From an uncultured Candidatus Binatia bacterium (lineage in GTDB: Bacteria; Desulfobacterota; Binatia; Bin18): 64,000 nucleotides of DNA. Below the pieces are notes generated by a model. It saw nothing but the letters and a program-made list of their open reading frames with translations. It did not search any database and was not told the origin of the DNA. Below, one piece after another: positions 11,022 through 19,714 of the stretch. Both the position numbers and the translations under genes were made by a program. The stretch spans positions 96,001-160,000 of the forward strand of contig OZ241744.1 of NCBI GenBank assembly GCA_965200965.1, read 5' to 3'. The first letter of the stretch is position 1. The number at the start of each line of letters is the position of its first letter.

Positions 11022-12403
11022 GGAGAATATACTGGAGTCTGGCGTGGCTCGCGTTCCTGGCTCTGCCCGGCTGGTCAAACCCCGCCGCCCAAGAAGCTCC
11101 GAGTTCGCTTGATGAACTGCTCAAGCGTGTTCAGGCCGAGCGACAAGCCGATTCCAAGCTGCACTCTGAACGCGAAGCCCGTTTTGTCGCAGAGCGTGAC
11201 CAGCAGCAGCAGCGCCTCCGGCAGGCCAGGGCAGACCTTGACCAAGTCAAGCGCCAGAGCGAACAAAAGCGGGCGGCTTTTGAGCAGAACGAAGACCGCC
11301 TGGAAGAGTTGCGCACCCAGCTCAATGAGCGGGCAGCGTCGCTGGGCGAACTGTTCGGCGTGGTCCGTCAAGTGGCGCGTGATACCGCCGGCCTGCTTGA
11401 CAGCTCACTTGTGTCCGCCCAGCTCGGCGACCGCGCTGATTTTCTCTACACCCTGGGCGAGAGCAAAGAACTGCCCTCGCTGGAAGAACTCGAACAGGTG
11501 TGGCTCGGGCTGTTGGAAGAGATGGCGCAGTCTGGGCGGGTCGTGAAATTCCCGGCGACGGTCGTTGACGCCACTGGCGAACAGTCGGAGCGCGAGGTCG
11601 TCCGGGTCGGGACATTCAACAGCGTCTCGCAGGGACAATACCTGCGCTATGTGCCAGAGACGCACCAACTCGTAGAGTTGACACGCCAGCCACCACAGCA
11701 GTTCCAGAGCGCCGCCCAAGACCTTGAACAGACAACCGAAGGCTACAGCGCTTTCGGCGTAGACCCGTCCCGGGGGGCTATTCTCGCCGCCCTCGTCCAG
11801 ACGCCAGATGTGTGGGAACGTCTCAATCAGGGCGGTGTCATTGGCTATATCATTCTCGCCATCGGTCTGTTGGGCCTCGTCTTGAGCCTGGAACGCATCG
11901 TCTACCTGTGGCGGGAAGGCCGGCGCATCACCGCCCAACGCCAGACCGACGCCCCACAGGCCGACAACGCGCTCGGCCGGGTGATGCTCGTCTATCACAA
12001 CGATACAGAGCAGGATGTCGCCACCCTGGAGGCCCGCCTGGACGAAGCCATCCTCAATCAGCTCCCGCGGCTCGAACGCGGCCTGTCCACCATCGGCATC
12101 CTGGCCGGGGTCGCCCCGTTGCTGGGCCTGCTCGGCACAGTCGTCGGGATGATTGATACCTTTCAGTCCATTACCCTGTTTGGGACGGGCGACCCGCGCA
12201 CCATGTCGAGCGGCATTTCACAGGCCCTGGTCACGACCCAGATGGGGCTGAGCGTGGCGATTCCGATTGTCCTCCTGCATACGATCGTATCGGGGACGAG
12301 CAGCCGACTGGTTCAGGTGCTCGATGAACAGGGGGCCGGCCTGATCGCCCAGCTCGCGGAGCAGCGGAATGAATCTTCTCGTACTCCTCCAGAATCTGCT
12401 TGA
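11018..12403 (+). CDS. TtpC-like long MotA/TolQ/ExbB proton-channel protein
   Basis: Long periplasmic coiled coil, DPSRG motif, C-terminal APLLGLLGTVVGMI...GISQALVTT. Confidence 0.88.
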   Translation: MRRIYWSLAWLAFLALPGWSNPAAQEAPSSLDELLKRVQAERQADSKLHSEREARFVAERDQQQQRLRQARADLDQVKRQSEQKRAAFEQNEDRLEELRTQLNERAASLGELFGVVRQVARDTAGLLDSSLVSAQLGDRADFLYTLGESKELPSLEELEQVWLGLLEEMAQSGRVVKFPATVVDATGEQSEREVVRVGTFNSVSQGQYLRYVPETHQLVELTRQPPQQFQSAAQDLEQTTEGYSAFGVDPSRGAILAALVQTPDVWERLNQGGVIGYIILAIGLLGLVLSLERIVYLWREGRRITAQRQTDAPQADNALGRVMLVYHNDTEQDVATLEARLDEAILNQLPRLERGLSTIGILAGVAPLLGLLGTVVGMIDTFQSITLFGTGDPRTMSSGISQALVTTQMGLSVAIPIVLLHTIVSGTSSRLVQVLDEQGAGLIAQLAEQRNESSRTPPESA

Positions 12404-12974
12404 CCAGTTCCGACAATTCATGGCGGTCGGCGGGCCGGCGCTGTGGGCCATTCTGGTCGTGACGGTTGTGCTGGCGACGCTCATTGTTGAGCGCTATGTC
12501 TTCCTGCGCACGGGCTATCCGGCCCTGGTGCAGGCCTTGGTTCACCGCTGGGAGGCGCGTAGCGAGCGGCACTCCTGGTACGCCCGCCAGCAGCGTCGCA
12601 TGGAGATCGCCGAGGCCGACTATCAGCTGCGCCGTTCCTTGCCGCTGATTCGCTCCCTGACCGCGGTGCTGCCAATTTTAGGACTGCTGGGGACCGTCAA
12701 CGGCATGATCTCGACCTTTACCGTGATGCAGTTGTTTGGGACGGGCAACGTCAACGGTATGGCCAACGGGATTTCTGAAGCGCTGGTGACAACCATGGCC
12801 GGGCTGGTATGCGCCGTGCCCGGGCTGTACCTCGGGTCCAGCCTGACCAAGCGGGTCCAAGTGGAAGCACAAAAACTCACCGGCCTGCTGGAACTCGAAG
12901 ACGAGTTCGGCAATCCGGGCCTGCTGTGGATTCGCGCCCAAGTCGAGGCCCAGAAGCGCGCCGCCGGCCTGTAA
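12369..12974 (+). CDS. exbB: MotA/TolQ/ExbB family protein
   Basis: PILGLLGTVNGMI, GISEALVTTMAGL. Confidence 0.88.
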   Translation: MNLLVLLQNLLDQFRQFMAVGGPALWAILVVTVVLATLIVERYVFLRTGYPALVQALVHRWEARSERHSWYARQQRRMEIAEADYQLRRSLPLIRSLTAVLPILGLLGTVNGMISTFTVMQLFGTGNVNGMANGISEALVTTMAGLVCAVPGLYLGSSLTKRVQVEAQKLTGLLELEDEFGNPGLLWIRAQVEAQKRAAGL

Positions 12975-12992
12975 GATAGTGAGGAGGCAGCC

Positions 12993-13397
12993 ATGAGACG
13001 CCGTCGTGGCAGGGTCCAGGCCGAGAGCCAAGTCAATCTGACCCCCTTGATTGACATGGTATTTATTCTGCTCATCTTTTTTCTGGTGACCGCCTCATTT
13101 GTCAAGGAAGCCGGGATCGAGGTCAACCGGCCTGTTGCCCAGACGACCCAGACCAAAGAACGCGGTACAATCCACATCGCCCTGTCGGCCAGAGGGGAAA
13201 TATGGATGGAGCGGCGGCGCATTGATGTGCGAGCGGTCCGGGCCAACGTCGAACGCATGCTGGCCGACAATCCAGAGGCCGATGTGGTCGTCCTGGCGGA
13301 TACCGCAGCCCAGACCGGCCTGCTCGTGCAGGTCATGGACCAGGCTCGTCTGGCCGGCGTTAGCACGATTGCCGTGGCCGCCCGGCAGGAGGGCTAG
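12993..13397 (+). CDS. exbD: biopolymer transporter ExbD
   Basis: NLTPLIDMVFILLIFFLVT. Confidence 0.93.
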   Translation: MRRRRGRVQAESQVNLTPLIDMVFILLIFFLVTASFVKEAGIEVNRPVAQTTQTKERGTIHIALSARGEIWMERRRIDVRAVRANVERMLADNPEADVVVLADTAAQTGLLVQVMDQARLAGVSTIAVAARQEG

Positions 13398-13400
13398 GCA

Positions 13401-14045
13401 ATGCTGAAGCGGATAACGCTGTCAGGAGGAGCCGGTCTGACGATCGGCCTCCTGATTTTTTTCTTCATGCAAGCCCTGATTTCAGGTCCGCCCAGCACAG
13501 TCCTGAACCGGGATTCCTATCCGGTCATTGACTTTGTCCGCCTGGCCCGCGAAGCCCCGCCCCCCCCCCCACCTAGACGCACGCCCCCCAAAGAGCCTCC
13601 CCCCCCGGAGACTCCGCCGGAAACCCCGAGCCTGACATCATCGCCAAGCTCTCAGCCCAGGCTGACAGCACCCAAGATCGAAATGACCGCAACAACCGGC
13701 CGGGGGCCTTTGCTCAACATGGGCCCCCTGTCGCCACCCGCCGCCCCATCGCAAGGCCCGGTCATGATGGACCAGGAACTGATCGCCCTCGTGCGTGTTC
13801 CCCCGCGCTATCCCTCCCGCGCCTCGCGCATGCAGATCGAAGGCTTTGTCACGGTTGAGTTTACGATTACCAAAGATGGAAGCGTCCGCGACCCGGTGGT
13901 GATTGAGTCTTCTCCCGCCAGGGTATTTGACCGGGCCGCCCTGCGGGCCATTGTCCAGTGGAAGTTCAAACCCCGCACCCAGGATGGCCGGGCGGTTGAC
14001 TCGCGGGCCTCGCAGCGGATCGACTTTGCGTTGAGGGATAGCTGA
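13401..14045 (+). CDS. tonB: energy transducer TonB
   Basis: N-terminal TM, Pro-rich linker, PRYP..A...IEGFVTVEF, FDRAALRAIVQWKFKP. Confidence 0.92.
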   Translation: MLKRITLSGGAGLTIGLLIFFFMQALISGPPSTVLNRDSYPVIDFVRLAREAPPPPPPRRTPPKEPPPPETPPETPSLTSSPSSQPRLTAPKIEMTATTGRGPLLNMGPLSPPAAPSQGPVMMDQELIALVRVPPRYPSRASRMQIEGFVTVEFTITKDGSVRDPVVIESSPARVFDRAALRAIVQWKFKPRTQDGRAVDSRASQRIDFALRDS

Positions 14046-14046
14046 G

Positions 14047-15312
14047 GTGAGCCGGCTACCCACCTGCCATACGCGGCAGTTCAGGCTGACCAGCGGCCTG
14101 GCACTCGTGTTCCTGTGCATCGCACCGCTCCGAGCCGCAGAACAAACCCTGTCCCAAAAAGTCTACGATCAGCTCCTTCAGGCCCAGGAGTTGACTGAGC
14201 AGAGGCAGAATCAACAAGCCCTGAGCCAACTCCAGACCCTCTCCCAAGACCCCGAGCTCAGCCCCTACGAGGTAGCCCTCGTGCAACAGGCCTTAGGCCA
14301 TGTCCACGCTTCCCTCGAGCAGTACGGCCAAGCTGCCGATGTGTTTCAGCAAAGCCTGGCCAGCCAAGCCCTGCCGCCCGAGCGGGCGCAGACCGTGCGC
14401 TATAATCTGGCCCAGATTCTGATCGCCGCCCAGCGTTATGAGGAAGGCGCGCGCTTTCTTGAACTCTGGCTGGCCGAAGAAGCCCAGCCCAAGCCGCAAG
14501 CCCGGGCCTCCCTGGCCCAGGTCTACAGCCAACTCAAACGCTATGCCGACGCCGAGCAGAACATCCAGCAGGCGATTCGCCAGGCCGGCACCTTCCATGA
14601 GGAGTGGCACCAGCTGCTCCTGTTTGTGTATGTTGAGCAGCAACAATGGTCTCAGGCCGCCGCGGTACTCAACCAGCTGCTCCACCGCCAGCCGCGCAAA
14701 AAAACCTACTGGTTACAGCTTTCACAGATGTACATCGAGGCTGGACAGCAGGGCCGGGCGGCCTCAGCCCTGGCCCTGGCCCACAAACTCGGACTCCTTG
14801 AAGAGCAAGAAGTCCTGTACGTCGTCCAGTCCTATCTGCACCTCGGCCTGCCCTATAAAGCCGGCGATATCCTGCACACCGGATTGGCAACCCAGACCGT
14901 GGCCGATACCCCGGCCCACCAGGAATTACTGGTGACCTGCTGGCTGTACGCCAAAGAGTATCAACGCGCGCTTGATGTGCTTGAACGCAGCGCCCAGCGT
15001 GCCGAGAGCGGACGCCTCGATATCCGCCGGGCCGAACTGCTGGCCCAGCTGGAACGCTGGTCGGATGCCGCGCTGGCCGCGGACCTCGGGATCAAAAAAG
15101 GCGGCCTTGAAGACACCGGACATGCCTATATTCTGCTGGGTATTGCGCAGTACCGGTCTGGAAACCTGGCCGCCAGCAAAGACACCTTCACCAGCGCAAC
15201 CAGCCATAAGCGCGTTGCCAGGCAGGCCGGGCAATGGCTGCGCATCATCAACCAGCAAGAGCGCCAAGACCTCGAGCGATCGGCAGAGAGCCCGCCGAGT
15301 CCAATAGCCTAG
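14047..15312 (+). CDS. tetratricopeptide-repeat protein (TtpD-like)
   Basis: Signal peptide plus helical TPR-like repeats; last gene of the TonB cluster. Confidence 0.75.
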   Translation: MSRLPTCHTRQFRLTSGLALVFLCIAPLRAAEQTLSQKVYDQLLQAQELTEQRQNQQALSQLQTLSQDPELSPYEVALVQQALGHVHASLEQYGQAADVFQQSLASQALPPERAQTVRYNLAQILIAAQRYEEGARFLELWLAEEAQPKPQARASLAQVYSQLKRYADAEQNIQQAIRQAGTFHEEWHQLLLFVYVEQQQWSQAAAVLNQLLHRQPRKKTYWLQLSQMYIEAGQQGRAASALALAHKLGLLEEQEVLYVVQSYLHLGLPYKAGDILHTGLATQTVADTPAHQELLVTCWLYAKEYQRALDVLERSAQRAESGRLDIRRAELLAQLERWSDAALAADLGIKKGGLEDTGHAYILLGIAQYRSGNLAASKDTFTSATSHKRVARQAGQWLRIINQQERQDLERSAESPPSPIA

Positions 15313-15860
15313 GCCGTGTCGCACTGACAGATGACAAAGCAGCACCTCTCACACTTTTGCAGCGGTGTCAGACCCGGGTGAGAAATACTCTGTCGGGGGT
15401 CAATATATTCGGTGGCCGTATTCAGGTCTATGTCCATCAGCGGCCTCTGGGCGCACCGCACACAGCCCTCAGTGCGGGTGTTATTCTTGATACAGCCGCG
15501 CAGCAGCACAGGCGAGCCGCAGCCGATCGTGCGCTCCACATCAAGGCCGAAAAAATGAAATCCGCTGCCGTGCCGATTGGTGACATAGTCCAGCCGGGTT
15601 CCTCTCAGGTGGACCGCGCTGGTCGGATCAAGATAGGTCGTGATGCCATCCTGGACAAGGATGAGATCGTCATCACGCGCGGAGTGCTCAAGGTTGAGGC
15701 TGTACTGAAAGCCCTTGCATCCTCCACCGGAAACGCTCATGCGCAGCCCCCAGCCCCCAACTCCCCCGCGGGCCAGGGTCCGCTTGATCATTGTGACCGC
15801 CTCGGCAGTCAGACAGAGTACGGGTTCTTCAGCCTGTCGCCCCTGATCCATTTGAGCCAT
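15309..15860 (-). CDS. HesB/IscA-family A-type Fe-S carrier with a Cys-rich C-terminal extension
   Basis: LRMSVSGGGCKGFQY, LRGTRLDYV..GSGFHF, TIGCGS; tail CVRC...CERCCFVICQC. Confidence 0.8.
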   Translation of the reverse strand: MAQMDQGRQAEEPVLCLTAEAVTMIKRTLARGGVGGWGLRMSVSGGGCKGFQYSLNLEHSARDDDLILVQDGITTYLDPTSAVHLRGTRLDYVTNRHGSGFHFFGLDVERTIGCGSPVLLRGCIKNNTRTEGCVRCAQRPLMDIDLNTATEYIDPRQSISHPGLTPLQKCERCCFVICQCDTA

Positions 15861-15931
15861 ATCCCCTCCTCAACGCCTTGCTTGAGCAAACGCTTGCCCG
15901 CGCTCACGCTGTCAAGCGAACGCGGAGCGCG

Positions 15932-16075
15932 TCAGGCATAGTCATCGGTCCGATTGCGGCTCTGGGGACAGCTCCCGCAGCCGGCCCCGGCCTGAGGGCG
16001 TGGCCACAGGCGACGGCCCACATACACCGCGGCCGCGGCAACAACGGGCAGGATGATCCATGTCTGCACCTCCAT
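15932..16075 (-). CDS. FeoB-associated Cys-rich membrane protein, 47 aa
   Basis: Hydrophobic N-terminus plus GCGSC, directly downstream of feoB. Confidence 0.75.
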   Translation of the reverse strand: MEVQTWIILPVVAAAAVYVGRRLWPRPQAGAGCGSCPQSRNRTDDYA

Positions 16076-16092
16076 ACGCTTTTTCCCCAGAC

Positions 16093-18285
16093 CTAGCCGG
16101 TCAGACGGCTGCCGAGTTGATACACCCCCAGGGCGGCCAGATAGGCCAGACTTGTCATATACACAAAGGTGAACACCGGATAGCCCCACGAATTGGTCTC
16201 CCGTTTGATCGTCGCCAGGGTGGCCCCGCACTGGCAGCACAGAGCAAAAAAGACCATAATCGACAGCGCCACCAGTGGCGTATAGACCGGCCGACCATCC
16301 GCTCGGCGCTCGGCCCGCATGGCTTCGCGCAGCTCAAGACTGGCTTCGTCCTGTTCGTCGCCCAGGTTATAGATTGTACCCAGAGCGGCGATAATCACCT
16401 CACGGGCCGGAAAGCTGGCCAGAGTTGCCATGCCGATTTTCCAGTCCCAGCCGAGTGGCTCAACGAGTGGCTCAATCGCCCGCCCGGCCCGGCCCAAATA
16501 GCTCTGGCGCAGGCGCTCTCCGGCTTCTTCAACCGCTAAGCCCGCCCGCTCGGTGGCAGGGGCCGCTGCCCGCCGGGCGGCAAACTCCTGGCTGATCTGC
16601 TCGGAGTACGGGTAGTACGACAAGGCCCAGACCAGGATGGTAGTGGCCAGGATGATTGTGCCGGCCCGTTTCAGAAACGCCAGGCTGCGGTCGTACATAC
16701 GGAAGACCACCACGCGCCAAGCCGGAACCTTAAACGCCGGCAACTCCAGCAGAAAGGGGACGGGTTCGCCGGCTAAGATCGTCCGCTTGAGCGCCAGCGC
16801 GATGGGCGGCGCGACAAGCAGCCCGACGAGGTACATGGCAAACAGGGTCAGCCCCTGAAGCCCGACAACACCCCACACGGTCTGGGCCGGGATAAAGGCC
16901 GAGATCAGCAGCACATAGACCGGCAGGCGTGCACTACAGCTCATCAGCGGGGCAATGAGAATGGTGGCGATGCGGTCACGCTGATTCTCGATCGTGCGGG
17001 CCGACATGATGCCCGGCACGGCGCAGGCAAAGGAAGACAGTAGCGGGATGAAGCTCCGTCCCGACAGGCCGAAACCGGCCAGCAGGCGGTCCATCAGAAA
17101 CGCCGCCCGGGCCATATAGCCGGAGTCTTCGAGCAGGGCAAGGAGCCCGAAGAGAATAGCGATCTGCGGTACAAAGACGACCACCGCTCCGACCCCGCCG
17201 ATAAGGCCGTCAACCATCAGGCTCTGGACCGGCCCCTCGGGCAGAACACCCCCAACCCGGCTGCCGATGTCGGCGAACAGCCCATCAAGGGCGTCAATGG
17301 CCGGCACAGCCCAGGAAAAGATCGCCTGAAATGTCACCGCCATCGTCAGCAGGAAGATCACCGCGCCCCAGACCTTGTGCAGGACGAGGGCGTCGAGCCG
17401 GTCGCTCCAACTCGGCTGCGGGCTGCTCGGTGCGGCCGGTGGCTCACAGCCGGCCGCAACGGTCTGGGCAATCCACTCGTAGCGCCGCTCAACCTCAAGC
17501 TGCGGCAAGCGCAGCCCGGCCGCGGCCAGCCGGGTACGCGCGGCCTCGATTGCGGTTAGGGCAGGACTGTCCAACTCGCCCTCTATCAGCCCCCCGGCGT
17601 CAAGCAGGGCGCGTTCGAGAAAGACGGGGGGGACATGCTGCGGGGACAGGGTGGTGGCAAGCGCCTTGAGTTCGCGCTCGACAAGAGCCGGCAGGCGGAC
17701 CGGGCGCGACGGCCCGGACGGCACCGCGGCAGCAGTCCGAATCGCCCGGCGCAGCGTCACCAGCCCGCGGCGCTTTGCCGCGTGAACGGCAACAATCGGC
17801 ACGCCCAGGCGTCGCTCGAGTTTGGGTATATGAAGGCAGAGGCCCTGTTTGTCGGCCAGGTCGGTCATGGTCAGGGCAATGACCAGGGGTCGGCCGATAT
17901 CAATGACCTGGGTCGTCAGGTATAAGTTGCGGTCAAGATTGGTGGCATCAACCACACACACAATCACGTCCGGCTGGGCACCCCCCGTGCCACGGCCGAG
18001 CAGCACCGACACCGCGATCATTTCATCCGGGGTGCGGGCGGCCAGCGAGTAGGTACCGGGCAGGTCAACCACCAGAAAGCGATCGTGGTCTTCCCGGAAC
18101 TCGCCCAGGGCGCTCTCTACTGTGACGCCGGGATAATTACCGGTGTGCTGGCTCAGGCCGGTCAGGGCGTTGAACAGGGTGGTCTTGCCCGTGTTGGGGT
18201 TGCCGACCACGGCCACTCTGTAGCGGCGTCCGGTGTCGAGGGACGGGCCGACAGCCTCAGTCACCGGGGAAGGGAGGGGAACCAT
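16093..18285 (-). CDS. feoB: ferrous iron transport protein B
   Basis: GNPNTGKTT, GNYPGVTVE, DLPGTYSL, LEDSGYMARAAF, MSCSARLPVY. Confidence 0.96.
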   Translation of the reverse strand: MVPLPSPVTEAVGPSLDTGRRYRVAVVGNPNTGKTTLFNALTGLSQHTGNYPGVTVESALGEFREDHDRFLVVDLPGTYSLAARTPDEMIAVSVLLGRGTGGAQPDVIVCVVDATNLDRNLYLTTQVIDIGRPLVIALTMTDLADKQGLCLHIPKLERRLGVPIVAVHAAKRRGLVTLRRAIRTAAAVPSGPSRPVRLPALVERELKALATTLSPQHVPPVFLERALLDAGGLIEGELDSPALTAIEAARTRLAAAGLRLPQLEVERRYEWIAQTVAAGCEPPAAPSSPQPSWSDRLDALVLHKVWGAVIFLLTMAVTFQAIFSWAVPAIDALDGLFADIGSRVGGVLPEGPVQSLMVDGLIGGVGAVVVFVPQIAILFGLLALLEDSGYMARAAFLMDRLLAGFGLSGRSFIPLLSSFACAVPGIMSARTIENQRDRIATILIAPLMSCSARLPVYVLLISAFIPAQTVWGVVGLQGLTLFAMYLVGLLVAPPIALALKRTILAGEPVPFLLELPAFKVPAWRVVVFRMYDRSLAFLKRAGTIILATTILVWALSYYPYSEQISQEFAARRAAAPATERAGLAVEEAGERLRQSYLGRAGRAIEPLVEPLGWDWKIGMATLASFPAREVIIAALGTIYNLGDEQDEASLELREAMRAERRADGRPVYTPLVALSIMVFFALCCQCGATLATIKRETNSWGYPVFTFVYMTSLAYLAALGVYQLGSRLTG

Positions 18286-18294
18286 AGCGCATTT

Positions 18295-18537
18295 TTATGC
18301 GCTAGAGCCTGAAGAGGCAAGGAGGACACGCCCGGCCTCTTGACGCCGGAGGGCGAGCTGATAGCCGCGGATGCGGACCTGCATGGGATCACCCAGGGGG
18401 GCCAAGCGGATGACCTCAACCGTTTGGCCCGGGGTAAAGCCGAGTTCCGCCAGCCGGCGTGCTATGCCGTCCGTGCCATGAATGGCGTGGATCTGTCCAT
18501 GCTCGGAGGGGCCGAGTTCTGCCAGGGTTTTCTGCAT
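18295..18537 (-). CDS. feoA: ferrous iron transport protein A
   Basis: RRLAELGFTPG..V..IRLAPLGDP..RIRGY.LALR. Confidence 0.93.
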   Translation of the reverse strand: MQKTLAELGPSEHGQIHAIHGTDGIARRLAELGFTPGQTVEVIRLAPLGDPMQVRIRGYQLALRRQEAGRVLLASSGSSA

Positions 18538-18551
18538 CCTTGGGATAGTAG

Positions 18552-18574
18552 TGAAAGTGACTGTCAATTTTCAA
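18552..18574. promoter_or_regulatory. Fur-like box upstream of feoA
   Basis: TGAAAGTGACTGTCAATTTTCAA, similar to the other island palindromes. Confidence 0.65.
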
Positions 18575-18800
18575 CGGTGGTCTATGACGAAGAAACGCCA
18601 TGTTCCAGGGAGCAGGAATGATGAAACTCCATATTGAAGCGACGAATCCGGGCTGGTGGCGCTCATCCGCTCCAGGATAGCGTGATATTCCTGCCAGCGG
18701 GCTGATCGCCTTTTTTCTGTCTCTTGAGGGGGCAAGCTGGACAGTCCGGGGTGGCCGTGGTAGGGGGAACGCTGGCAGCACAGGAAAGAGCATACTGGCT

Positions 18801-19136
18801 ATGACTCCTGACTCGTGGACCATCATCGGCACCGGGATTGTGATCCTGATAGCGATTGCAACTTCCAACCATCGTCTTCGCGCGGAAATGAAAGACCTGC
18901 GGGGCGAAATGAAAGACCTGCGCACGGAAGTCAAAGACCTGCGCACGGAAGTCAAAGACCTGCACGGACGGATGACTCGGCTGGAGGCGGACCTGCGGGA
19001 GCAGATGAGCGGTCTGGAGATGAAACTGGGCGAACGGATGACTCGGCTGGAGACGGAACTTCGGGAGCGGATGGCCAAGGTCGAAGGGCTGCTTGAAGGC
19101 TTGCGTGAGGCCGTTACCGGCCGCAAAGTTGCCTGA
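18801..19136 (+). CDS. small membrane-anchored coiled-coil hypothetical protein
   Basis: N-terminal TM, heptad repeats (LRxExKD), C-terminal ERMAKVEGLLEGL. Confidence 0.7.
   Translation: MTPDSWTIIGTGIVILIAIATSNHRLRAEMKDLRGEMKDLRTEVKDLRTEVKDLHGRMTRLEADLREQMSGLEMKLGERMTRLETELRERMAKVEGLLEGLREAVTGRKVA
18879..18962 (+). repeat. 4 x 21-bp coding tandem repeat
   Basis: cgcgcggaaatgaaagacctg / cggggcgaaatgaaagacctg / cgcacggaagtcaaagacctg x2. Confidence 0.9.
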
Positions 19137-19600
19137 TGGCAACATCCAGGCAGAGAATTTTGATGATTCGGCCTCGGTAGTGATTGGCGAGGCCATGCTG
19201 AGCATGAATGCTCAGGAGCAGAGGCGGCGCATCATGGCCGAGGCATTTCGGCTGCTTCGGCCCAGCGGCCGCCACGGCATTCACGAGTTGAACATCGTCC
19301 CTGACACGATGCCCCCGACCAGCACGAAGAGATCTGTGCAAGGCTGTCATCGGTCCTGCACATCGGAGCCCGGCCGCTGCCTGAGGCGGAATGGCGAGAG
19401 TTGCTTGAGGCGGTCGGCTTCACCGTCCGGCGCAGTGGCCATGCCCCGATGCTGTGAGGACCCTGGCGACTTGTCCGGGATGAGGGCGTGTGGGGGGCGC
19501 TGCGGTTGGTAAGAAATGTCCTCGGTGATACCCCGGTCCGACGGTGCGTGCTGGCCGTCCGCCGGATATGTCAGCAAGACCACCTCAGCACCGTTTTCCC
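19137..19600 (+). pseudogene. class I SAM-dependent methyltransferase remnant (5'-truncated, frameshifted)
   Basis: SASVVIGEAMLSM..EAFRLLRPSG.HGIHEL, then in other frames GARPL..EW..LLE.VGF and RLVRDEG.WGALR. Confidence 0.6.
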
Positions 19601-19714
19601 GGGTCAGGCACAAAAGTCCGGGTCAGAAGTGTATGCGGGAATTGCAACGGGCCGGGTAAGGAAGGGTGAGCTTCCCGGCTCACACCCTTTCCCGGCCGGT
19701 AACCGCATGACCGC

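Noticed and set aside
13555-13610. Poly-C runs in tonB as phase-variation tracts
   Set aside because: They encode the normal proline-rich TonB linker and the ORF is intact
18300-18310. CTAGAGCC at the end of feoA as another copy of the leader motif
   Set aside because: On the non-transcribed strand, inside coding sequence, and without the GGCC half
18879-18962. Short direct repeats considered as a CRISPR array (also 33505-33560)
   Set aside because: Contiguous in-frame coding repeats without spacers; no cas genes in the window
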